In this document: positions 1-12,800 of the stretch, in pieces
How the letters are laid out: each line of letters opens with the position of its first letter
Position numbering within the stretch: position 1 is the first letter of the stretch
From: Priapulus caudatus
Lineage: Eukaryota
DNA: 64,000 nt
Assembly (NCBI RefSeq): GCF_000485595.1
Contig: NW_014577092.1
Location: 646,190 to 710,189, forward strand
Direction: 5' to 3'
Made by a program: the position numbers and the translations under genes
Notes under the pieces: generated by a model
Database searches by the model: none
Seen by the model: the letters and a program-made list of their open reading frames with translations, nothing else
Told to the model about the DNA's origin: nothing

Positions 1-814
1 TGCACCGATATATCAAACAAGAGTAAATAGATAGCACCGTACAGAATCGCTAGTGTGTCCTATAGGCTTAAGCTACAAGGTCCTACTAAGCTTAAGCAGC
101 TCGCAGCTCGCAAATACCGTATTTCTGGAGCCGCGAATCAGCGTGTGAACGCTCGGCCGCGTATTTGTCTCAGATACGGTATTTCGCAAATCCGGTATTT
201 CAGAAATACGAGGTCTCGTGTGAACGAGGCTTTTAATTATATACAGCTGCGGGGTGCAGGTGGCCTAGTCTAGTCTAGTCTAGAATAGTAGTCTTGTAAA
301 ACAACGAAGTAAAACGTTTTTAAAACATCTTATAATAAACTAGCATCGAACAAAATGATAACCTCATACTCAAACCTACTTTCATTAATAGATTAAAAGG
401 CAAAATGAAAAGAATTTCGGCTTAATTACGTACTATATTGCATGGCCTAACGACGCACTGATTTGTACGCATAAAGGTCGAATCAGACGGAGCCGCTGTG
501 TCAATATTACTCCACACAAAACCGCTGGACGCTTTTGTCCATGTAAACATCGGAGCGTAAGCTTCGAACAAGGAAGTGTTTGATCTGGATCTATCTGAGC
601 ATAAAAACTATGCATAAAATGCTTGCATAGAATACTACTTCGAGTCGATACATTGTGGATTTCAGGGATAAACAGCGTTCATAATGAATAAAATAACAAT
701 AACAAACGATTATGAATAAGTTATATTAACACGAAGTATTAAATTGTAACGATTATAGCAACGAAACATGAATAGATAAGTGACGTAAACATCTTCACTG
801 CGCTCCACACTCAC

Positions 815-961
815 CTCGTCGAAGTCGGCAATGATTTCGTTGAGTAACCTCAGGCACTCGACGCCCTCGTTGTTTCCTTCGAGCTCGATGTAGAACTCTG
901 AGAAGTTAGATATCGAGGCGAACATAACACAGGCGTGCTCGCACCACTCGTTGTACAGGTC
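815..961 (-). CDS. ADCY5: Adenylate cyclase exon, start of C2a ([49 protein letters not shown])
   Basis: gtttcgcag acceptor and GAG|gtgagt donor, 147 nt, phase 0-0. Canonical C2a sequence. Confidence 0.96.
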
Positions 962-3900
962 CTGCGAAACAATCACGGCGAAATACCACATAAATGTTAA
1001 ACACCACGCACCTAGCTGTGCTGTACTAGCGTATATATATCAAGCTAGAGTATAGGTCCATCGTAACACCTAGATGGGCAAAAGCAGGAATCTACATCGC
1101 TTGCATTGATTGATCATATAACACGTAAATTTAAAATATCACGAGGTACAGCTGTGTAATAGAAACAGATTTGGTAAAACACGGCTTTTGCAATAAAATC
1201 GCCAGCTTTTGTACTAAAATCAATTTCATTGCGAAACCACTCGAGTCGTATCGCAGATGTGGTGAGACGATTTTATTAAAAACTATACGGCGGTTTTATT
1301 TCAAAATTCGCTTTATCGTAAAGCTTGGGGTTTCACAAAAGCTGTTATTATTACAAATATGATTGATTCGTGATGTTATAAAATTACGTTATAAAATTTA
1401 TATAATTATATAAAAATTACGTGTTATACTACCGCTGCATACTATGTACTTATATATGGGTTTATGCTCCTAAACAAGTAGGTAGTACCATGAACCTATA
1501 AACTACTGTATACGCCATATTTTTCGCGAATTCAGACTTGATGCACAATTTCGCGAGTGGTTAATTTCGCGGTCGGGGACGCGTTCGCAAAATTCGCGAA
1601 AATTAAACCACCGCGAAATATACAGCGTATGCAGTACTCCTCATACTACACTGCAGATGAGTTCTTTCAAAAAAGGTTGAATTGTTATTATTACAATATG
1701 ATACTTGTATTTTTACTAGCCCCCCCCCCCTATAGAAAAGCAGGGGCTATATGGCATAGCATAGATTACAAAGAGTTGAAAGATAAAATCTGGTCTGTGA
1801 CAGGATGTTAGCTCGACAAGCAACAATGATGGTATGGATTGCGTGTGTGTGCGTGCGTGTGCGTGCGTGCGTGCGTGCGTGAGTGAGTGCGCGCGCGTGT
1901 GATAACCGTGTTTGCGTGCACGCGCGCGCGTTTGTCTGTTGTTGAGCGCGTGTATGTTCCCGCAAGTGTTCCTGCGTACGCATGTGCGTTTGCGTGTTCG
2001 TGTACGCGTGCGGGCGTACGTGTGTGTGCATGAAAACAATGGGAGTAAAGCTCAGTATGGCTTTGTCACCTCGTTGTGTCTCTCCATGGCTAGGAAGTGC
2101 TCTGCCACGTGAACGGGAAGAATATTGGTTAGCAGCTTCTTATTGTACACCTGCAAGCGCTGCATCTCCTCTTTCTCTTCGGTGGCCTGTAACGACCAAC
2201 GCACATGACATGTGTATTCGACGGAACACTGAGTATTTTTAATTAATCTCTGCTCGATGCTTATATTCAGGCCTGCTGCCTATGGACGCCTTACCTTTAC
2301 CTGAACCCCAGAAACACCGACGGGAGAGCGAAAATAGCCATCTCGCCGTCGTTCCTGCGCACGACTAGCTTACATGTCTGACGATCAATCCGTACAAGTG
2401 TACAAGTATCGCGCGAGCAGGACGTTTATCCGCGCCTCTCGCGACGGGTGATACCTGTTATTAAACGTGTACGTCGAACAGTCTGACCTTTACAACACTT
2501 ACCCGTGTTGCTTGTGTAAAAGCAAGCGCCTAAGGCAAGGCTAACATGTCTTAGAACAAAAATATATTGTGTTAATCACACACACATATATATATGCACA
2601 CACACAGACACACACAGACACACACACACACACACACGCACGCACGCACGCACGCACACATACACGCGCGCGCCCACACAGGCACACACACACACAAACA
2701 AACAAACAAACAAACACGCGCCCACGCACGCACGCGCGCACGCACGCACGCGCGCACGCACACACACATGTGCATGCGCACGCGCAAACGCACACGCACA
2801 CGCACACGCACACGCACACGCACACGCACACGCACACGCACACAAATACACGCGCGCGGGCCCACACACGCGCCCACATTCGCACACATACACGCGCCCA
2901 CACACGCACACATACACACACGCACACGCACACGCACACGCACACGCACACGCACAAGCACACGCACACGCACAAACACATACATAACAGTTAATGCTGT
3001 AGTAATCGACGTAATTCCGCTGTGCATACATCCCGAGTAAAACTATGGAATACCTGAGACGACATGCGACTTTCCGAGTTCCCGAGTTTCTGAATTTCCG
3101 ATCAATATATATATATCCCCTACCGCGAGAGTAAATGTGTGTTGTTTTAAGCGGGAAAGAACAATTGAAATTTCGAACCCCCTACCATGAGAGTAAATAT
3201 GTGTGCCTTTTTAATCGGGATAGCATAATTCAAATTTAGAATCCCCTATACCGTGAGAGTAAATGTGTTCTATTTAAGCGGGAAAGCATAGGGCCTAATT
3301 TAAATTCAGAATCTCCTTCATAACGCATGCGCAGTGTGTCTGTTTTCGACTTAAAAACATTTCTCAATGCGTGTTCTCGCGTTTACATTTTTCCCTGTAT
3401 GATCCTTGCTGGACCACCATCTCTAGTACTATATACGATACGAAATTCAAAAACTCAAAAAGTCGTATGACGTTTCAGGGCTTCCATATAAAACGTCGCC
3501 CGAGAATCGAGAATCGATTCGATATTTTCCTCTTGGGCTAAACAACGCGATGTTGAATTTGCAAGTGACGGCGGCTGCGATTTCGTGCGTATCGGGTGAC
3601 AGAACCCCCGCACGGACCCACGCTCCGACGCGACGCGCGAGCACGCTTACACGACATTTTGACACGTTCTGGCGTGCGGCCGACAGACATCAAAAAGCAA
3701 TCAGAGTTTCATTCGCGAGTCTGCCCGTAACCAAACGCCTCTCGGATCAAATGAACGCCAGAAGCCCGGAAAGTGCCGATGTCTTTTCGCGCTGCGTCAC
3801 AGCGTCAACGCAGCGACGCCTGGCGAGCGTAAACAGGTGGGCGTTCGTCGCCGCGAAACGAGAGCTCGGTAGGAAATGTCGCAATTCACTAGAGCGCCAG

Positions 3901-4187
3901 GGTGACATCGCTGATGCTTAACGCGGGGCGACTTGCAGAGAAATGTAACCACGTCTGCATGGCGAATGTGGTCGGTGGCGCCATCCGGTGAGGTGCGGGT
4001 GAAAGGTTCGACATGTAAAGAGGTATGTGTAATTCATGGCTATCCTATAATCTGTCATTCAGAATATACATCATTGCTATCTGTCCACGTTACCAATAGT
4101 CTGCCCACGTTATCAGCAGTCTGCCAACGTTACCAGTAGTCAGCCCACGCAACCAGTTGTCTGCTAACCTTACTATTAGTCTGCCCA

Positions 4188-4280
<93 letters not shown>

Positions 4281-6831
4281 GGTAGAGAGACGTCGGTGGC
4301 GTGTTTCAAATGTCGTCAACAACTGCCAACATCGGCTCGCCATCAGTTTTTTTCTCTCATTCTTTCGCTCCCCTTTTTTTCTCATCTCGAAGACGTGTCA
4401 ATGCGCACATTTTGCAATTTGACGCGACTATTTTTATTCGCTCTGTGACAGCTCCTGCGCTGTCACGTCTAGTAACCGACAATAGAATGCGACAATAGAA
4501 GAGCTAGCTGCTACGCACGCACGCACGCGCGCACGCACGCACGCACACACGCACGCCCTGCCTGCTACACGCGCTACATTGCTGATCGTTCTTATTACGG
4601 ACACATTCCGGTAACAAGCCATACGGCGTTGCGGTTCGGCGTATGAGCTCCATCATCTCTCACCAAGCGATAATACGCTGCAGGGAGCCATTGAGCACAA
4701 ATATGGTTTGTTGGGACGCAAACCTCTGCGCGCAGAGTCGAGCAGTCCTCAGCAGGGACACACGCCAGAGTAAGAATGTAATCCTCGGCAGGGACACACG
4801 TCATTCGAGTCGACAGTCGACAGTCCTCCGAGAGCACGCTAATACTCTGCAGGTGCAATCGGGCAGTCCTCCCAAACTATCATAATACTCTGCAGGAACG
4901 CAAATCTCCGCACGCAGTCGGGTACTCCTACCCCGATATATTCAGTATATATCACTTCAGTTGTCGAACCTTCTTTACCAGCAGGACTCATCTGGCAAAG
5001 TTACAGAATTTCGGTTAAAGTCTCCTGAACATTACATAGACTTTTACGAGGTTCACACTGCGAGCACTTAAGAGCTTATGAGATTTTAACAATCCTTCCC
5101 ACGCATGTAATTTCTTAAAAACACAGTTAAGCTTGTAAAATGTATAAATTGGATTGCAAGCGAATTCAATACTCCTGAAAATAACCTTTAAAGGCTAGAG
5201 CGTTGCCACGTTGTCTGAAAAATTCCGAGTCGGAAATCGCGCCCATTGGCGCGTTTTAGACTAATGACAGCTCATTGAATTTTTACGGGTCACGGTTGCG
5301 ACACCTGTTGCAGAAAAACAGGATACGAAAATACGCAGTTAAAAAACGATTCGTCGGCAAGTTAAACTTACGAGGTAAAAGCGTTTTGAATACATACGTG
5401 TAATACGCGATACCAAGGAATTGTTTTGTGCCCGTGATATGGTAAGTAGCTATATTAAAACCCAGGCAATTTAAATTGCCGGGTTATAGGATTTATGGCA
5501 TTATCAGCATGAAAAGACCCACTTAAGGTCTACGGACAGGTACCTCTGTAAAGGTATACCTGTAAGGTTTATCAGGGTTACGGACAGGTACCTCTGTAAA
5601 GGGCATTGCAACATAACTGCTCACCAAATTCAATCAAACACACATCTATTTAATAAAAAAGATGTCTCTCTACGCTCACGATGAAAATAATAATGAAAAG
5701 AATCATAGCTGCAAATTTATACAAATTTTTTTTCTTATTATTTCTCAAAAACAGCAGAGTTGGGACTTAAACTTTTAGCCATAAGTTATGCATAGTATGA
5801 ACCAAAAAAAAGGGTCCCGGGATTTAAAATTTTTTATTTTATTTTAGAAGTTGTGATTCTTTATTTACGATATTATTGTATCTTACAAAAATATTTCAGA
5901 TTTTCGTGCATCTTTTAAAATTATTTCTTAAAATAACACATTTGAAAAAATTCCAGGGACCGTTTTTTAGTTCATACTATAAACAACTTACGGTTAAAAC
6001 TTTAGGTCCCAACTCTGCTGTTTTTGAGAAATATATATAATAATATAAATATATAAATTTACAATTTTTGCCGTGACGTAATTAGCGATGAGTTTTTTCC
6101 GATTATTTTCATCGTGAGCATAGAGACATCTCTTTTATTAAGTAGATAGGGGTTTGATTGAATTTGGTGAGCAGTTATGTTGCAATGCCCTTTACAGAGG
6201 TACCGTCTGAAAGTTGTGCGCATGGTCTCTCTTAGGAGCAGAGATAACAAAAAAACATGAAAATACTGTGAAGTCAAAAAGAACAAGATTAAACGCGGCG
6301 CAAAGGGTTCTACCACTTTACTTAAATAATCTAAATACCGACGATTCCCTAATTATGCTAACGAACTTGCAGCAAAAGAGTTCGGTTGCCAAGCAGCCTC
6401 ATTAGAAGAACCAGCCATGTTACATCGACGCACTTTGCAGATACGTGCACTTTGAGATTTTTGTTCTGCCCACGTACACTCACAAGTATCCAAGCGAGAT
6501 GAGAATGGATATGCTCGGCACGCATTCACAATGGGCGTCATATTCCAGTTTCCCAGTATACATATCCGGGAATTCTGCCGGCAGTAGAGCAACCAATTTA
6601 TTACAGCAGACCATGCAAGAAACTACTGACGTTATCCCGCTATATGGATGTGAACTCTCGTTTATACGGGAAACGCAATGAAGTGGAAAGGATGCATGCA
6701 TCGTTGGAATTTCGTGTAAAATTACGAACATTCGGTACATTAAATTATAACTGGTCATCTTATTAGCTACATAATATACACTAGCTCTCTATCTCCTCAT
6801 TCTCTCACACCCCCCTTTTCTCTCTGACTCA

Positions 6832-6887
<56 letters not shown>

Positions 6888-7722
6888 TTATTTCTTCCTC
6901 TATCTGTCATACTCTTTTCTCTTTTCTTCTCTCTCCTAAAAACACACAACGCACACTCTCTCTTCCTTTCGCGTGCGCGCACTCTCGCAATTAAAAGTTC
7001 TTGTCGCAAGTATAGCTTACGCGGGCATTCACGCATTCGGGTATCATCCACGCGCCCATTGCTCCTAGTATAATAGTACCACAGTGATTTATCGCTCACG
7101 TTTCATGACTAGAGCAAAAACTAATGATCTGAATGACCGTCGCCACAAAACAGTAAAGGCTATACCCAACTATAGCCGTTATTGGAGATATACTTAGCCA
7201 ATTAGTGAAGTAACAGTAGCCTATAGGCATTCTAGCAAGAATCCATTGTGTAAGCTCCCGTGCGCTCTATATAACCGTACCTGTCCATTTATAACTACGC
7301 CTTTAACCCCCCCCCCCACCCTCTACCTTACTATCTATTTATCTATACCCTTCTTTGGGTGACGTTGTGATTGTCTCTGCCACTCCGCCCACTTACTAGA
7401 GTATTGGTCGCGTTCATACGTAGCAAGAAATCCGGTATTTAGCGTTCACACGAGGCAAAATACGAGGCCCAAGAAATACGGTATCTAAACAGATCCGGTA
7501 TATCATGTAAATACGAGGCTTCCCAGACCCCGAATAATTTGCCGTGCTTCAGAAATACCGGATTTCTTGGACCGCGCATTTCCTCGTGTGAACGCTAAAT
7601 ACCGGATTTCTGAAGCCGCGTATTTTATAGACTGGTTCGCGCTCGACAGTTCCAGTGTCACGCGAGTGGAACTGTCGAGCGCGGACCAGTCTACGTATGT
7701 TATCGGCAGTTGGTGCGCATTG

Positions 7723-7783
<61 letters not shown>

Positions 7784-9832
7784 GCACACATGTATATATA
7801 TATATACCCCAATTTTCCGTCGGTGAAAATCTCCGTTGGTCTCTCGCCGTATCTTGCAATATCAACTGTCCCTTTTTTATTGTTAGTGCTGACTTTTATA
7901 CCCCCGCTACTACCACCCATGCGCTACACTAAATAATTACATCCAGAAATATCCATATTTCCGGAATTCGAAGCCAGACAATTCTTCTAGAACCATCGCA
8001 CCTATCGTTTTCGCAATAATATTAGGTAGTCATATTTGACCTGCCGCGCCTATCCTCTTGCCTATACCACATCTACTTTCATACACAACAGCAAGAAAGC
8101 GCCTGCTGTTAACCTAGCCATATCACGTCTCTGTTTAAAGTATACGTTTACTTCCATGCATCTACATGACGAACGCAGTACAATAAAATCAGAATTGTAT
8201 AATATAGTCTATATAATAATATATATAAATAAAATGAAATCAATGTTGTGCGAACCAACATAAAATAATTGTAACGTAGCATAAATAATATTCGTAACAC
8301 AAGTGAGGCTATCGACATGATGAATTAGCATGATATATAGTGGGGCGACCGGTCACTCAGTCATTTCAAATTTTTCCAAAAGTTTCATTTTTTGTACCAA
8401 TTTGAAGGTAAGGATCTATAGAACAATTTTGGTTCGAGTGTCAAGCACTCAGAGAAATTTTCTTTTTTTTACCAATTTTCTAAAATGACATGCACCATTG
8501 AAAATCGTGAATTACCTTGTTTTTTAATAAAAGCTCATACTTTTCACTAATTTGCTATAATATATAGCAGAACATGAAATAGGAGCAGTGATTGTTAAAT
8601 CAGTAAATAGGATTTGCGTTTATTGAAAGGCGTAAACATAATAAACGTAACCTGGCTGTATAGTATTGTAGAATGCTGCATGGTAAAGTAAATTACTGCA
8701 GACAGACTTGCGTTTTCCTATGGTATCGGTATCGGGTTCCTTGACAGTGTGCAAAGAAATGATATGAAAATATCGTAGGCTGCAGATTATTTTAATGGTT
8801 GCGCAGTAGATGAACGGGGTTTGCCTCTCTGTTTCTCCTAGCCCGAGCCCGACCGCCACTATCGCAACAAACCGAGACCCGGTTGACGGGAATCTGTTAG
8901 CTGATTGGTTAATTGTGTTTTTTCGTGTTTCTACAAACTCTGTCGTAGAAAATGAAAATCGATTTAGCCTAAAACCAGGCCGCCTAGGCGTCCAGTCTGT
9001 ATGCGATGTATAGTTAGTGTCGGTGCTTCGATCAGATTCGAGCCACCAGCTTAAACTGGAATCCGGATCCTTGAATCGGAATAAACCTAAACAGTCTCGT
9101 ATATTCCCGCTCGATTACTGACGTATCACAGCGCAGTTCACTGCTGTGCAATGTATAGCTAGTGTCGGCGCTCCGATCAGATTTGAGCAACCAACATAAA
9201 TCGGAATAAACCTAAACAGTCTCGAATATTTCCGCTCGATTACTGACAGCGCAGTTCACTGCTAGTCGGCAGACAATCAATTCCACCGACTCCGCTACTT
9301 ATACCACCTGACTATAATATATATATACTAAGTCTAATATATAAAAGACTACTATAACACTAGCCCGACCAGGCTGTGCGACGGATTGTCTATACAATAG
9401 GTATCCTAACCCTAGCGATACCGTTTCTTGGAGCTACTATAACACCATCTGATTGACTGGAAGTGATGTAGAGAGTAGTTTATAAATAGGTTGACTGACA
9501 GCCAGCCGAAAATTCTGTCGAGAGGTCTGAGCAATGGTAGTGAATAGGACCGATATTTATCAGCGTGAAATGACTGCCACCCCAACCCATGCACTAATGC
9601 CTCCTACACGTGCACACTGCATGCGACTAGTCTAAACACATTTCCATCAGGTTGAAGATCGATGACATCAGGAGTGCACGAAAAACAACGACTTGTTGTT
9701 ATTCACTCCCAGTGATATCTTTACTGCAGTTTGTACTAACCATTTCATGCATAATAAACGATCCTGTAACAATACAGTCCCCACTAAAAGGTGACGTAAG
9801 CAATTACCCTCCCACCCCCACCCCACCCACCG

Positions 9833-9880
<48 letters not shown>

Positions 9881-12800
9881 ACCGACGCAAGTGCGCACGC
9901 GCGAACGCCTACCCGACGTGTGCGTAGAGCAGGATGTCCTTGTTGTCGAAGAGGTTTACGTAAGGGAACAGCATGAGGAAGGCGTAGATGGCGACCAAGC
10001 TGGATAGCAGCATCAGCTTGAGCCAGCTGGCAACGACCAGGTAGACTGCACAGGCCATCATCACCAGCATGACACAGAAGGTGAAATACTGCAACAACGC
10101 CAACGCAAGATGAGCTGCTATTCATGAAACAGGATATATAGACACTAATATATATGTTTGAATGATTAAATTGACTGTTCAGTTGAACAATCAATCGCTC
10201 AATTGAACGTTTGAATTTTGACACATCCCCAGCCCCCGATCAGCTGCTGCTGATTGCGGTTGGCGTGCGTGCGTGAGGGTATGTGCAGAGGTGGCTGCTG
10301 TACGCCGGTATGCCTGTGTAGCTGTGTACCGGGTCAAAGGTTATCTCGCCGAGTGTTGATGCCTAATCTCCCAGTGAGCCACATGCCTCGCCGAGTTAGC
10401 GTTAGGTAGCTGCGTTAGCCGCGCAGCCGCGTTAGGTAGCTGCCTTTTGTTTGAATAGAGGCGGGGAATAGGCTTGGATTGATGGCCAACGAATGGATAA
10501 TCGTGTCGTACGTTTTAGTCTGTATCTCCGGATTGCTTGTGTAAACGAGGAAACGATTTCGCACGATGCTAGGCGAATGTACTGTGTACGATTTGAGCTT
10601 AAGTTGGATGAGTTACGCCTAGTAAATCGTAGGTATTTTCAGGCTAGTAAATGACGAATTTCCCTTGTTTATTGATGTCACACTCCTTCCCTATTATCTA
10701 CTCCTGATATATATATATATATGTTCAATTGATCGATCGATTGTTCAATTGATCGATTGATTGTTCAATTGATCACGTGCGTGTACCCGCGTGTACGTGC
10801 GTGTATCTGTGTGTACGCGCGTGTACCCGCGTGTACGTGCGTTTATCTGTGTGTACGTGCGTGTACCTGCGTTTATCTACGTATTCCTGCGTGTACCTGC
10901 GTGTACGTGCGTGTACGTGCGTGTACGTGCGTGTACGTGCGTGGACCCGCGTGCACGTGCGTGCACGTGTGTGTACCCGCGTGTACGTGCGTGTACCCGC
11001 GTGTACGTGCGTGTATCTGCGTGTACGTGCGTGTACGTGCGTGTACGTGCGTGTACCCGCGTGTACATCCGTGTATCTGCGTGTACGTGCGTGTACGTGC
11101 GTGTACGCAGTGTACGTGCGTGTACCCGCGTGTACGTGCGTGTATCTGCGTGTACGTGGGCGTACTCGTGCATCTGTGCGCATGTGCAGTAGGTATACGT
11201 TTTTATTTGGCGATTGACGAGCCTCGGCAATTGCTCCATTCCATGATTCAATACGCCTATTCAGTATTCATGCTTTTAATTTGTCAATTGGCGATTTAAT
11301 TTGGCAATTCGGCAAATTGGCAATTTGGCAATTTGACAATTGAACAATCAATCGACGCGCGTGTACGTGCGTGTACCCGCGTGCACGTGCGTGACACGCA
11401 CGTACACGCAGGTACACGCACGTACACGCACGTACACGCGCGTGTACGTGCGTATACCCGCGTGTACGTGCGTGATCTGCGTGTACGTGCGTGTACGTAC
11501 GTGTATCCGCGTGTACCCGGCACGTACACGCGGGTATACGCACGTACACGCGGGTATACGCACGTACACGCGCGTGNNNNNNNNNNTAATGCAAACGCCA
11601 CAACACAAATGCAAAATCCCACAACACAAAATTTTAATGCAAACGCCACAACACAAATGCAAAATCCCCTGCCCGCGCCCGCCTGTACTGTCTGTACTGG
11701 GCGCATTGTATCAGGAGTAGATAATCAGGATATCTTACTCCTATCATCTACTCCTGATTGTATACAGCTGTTAACCCTCCGCACACACGCTATCACGCTA
11801 TAATCATGGCCGGTAGGAAAGTGTATTTACCTATCATATCTCGCGAACTATGAGTTACGTTTCTAGAATTCCACATGCATGATGATACATGTTTTAGCAA
11901 TAATCTCTGAGTGTGTTGAGTTTATTGACGCACGATTAGCTTAATTAATTAGCTGTTATTCACGCGCGGTAATGCCCATAGGCTTATGCAGGCATAGTAG
12001 GCGTATGGCCAGTAGGAAAGTGTATTTACCTATCATATCTCGCGAACTATATAAGTTACGTTTCTAGAATTTTACATGCATGATGATACATGTTTTAGCA
12101 ATAATCTCTGAGTGTCGAGTTTATTGACGCACGATTAGTCTAAGTAATTAGCTGTTATTCACGCGCGGTAATGCCCATAGGCTTATTCAGGCGCTGCTAT
12201 ATGGCCGGTAAGAAAGTGCAGTTACTATCACATGGAGCGAACGAGTTAAGATACAATTCTAAAAATCTTCATACGTACAAAGACATGGTTTATGATAGAG
12301 ACTGGTATGGAACAATAGGAACTTGGCTTCATTCAGTAGATAGTGATATGAAATGTTAGAAGCTTAGCTTCAAACAGTAGTGATATGGGATGGTGGGACC
12401 CTGGCTTCATTCAGTAGAGAGTGATATTGAATGGTAGGACCTTAATTGGCTTCAAACAGTAGAGAGTGATATTGGATGGTAGGACCTTGGCTTCAATCAA
12501 TAGATTGCGATATGAAATGGTAGAAGCTTGGCTTCAAACAGTAGAAAGTGATATCGGATGGTAGGACCCTGGCTTCAATCAGTAGATAGTGATATAGGAT
12601 GACAAGATCATAGAGCCTCCTCCTTCTCCTTCTACTCCTCCTCCTTATCCCCCTTCTCTCCTCCTCCTCCTCTCCTCATCTTCCTCTTCCTCCTTTCCTC
12701 TTCCTGCTCCTCCTCCACTTCCTTTCCTCCTCCTCCTCCTCCTCTCCTCTCCTCCTTCTCCTCATCTCCTCCTCTCCTCCTCATCTCCTTCTCCTCTCCT

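Noticed and set aside
2541..3040. Long His/Thr/Arg- or Cys/Val-rich ORFs here and at 29847-30924, 45215-45778 and 58282-58958
   Set aside because: They are translations of (CA)n/(CACG)n microsatellites that are open in most frames.
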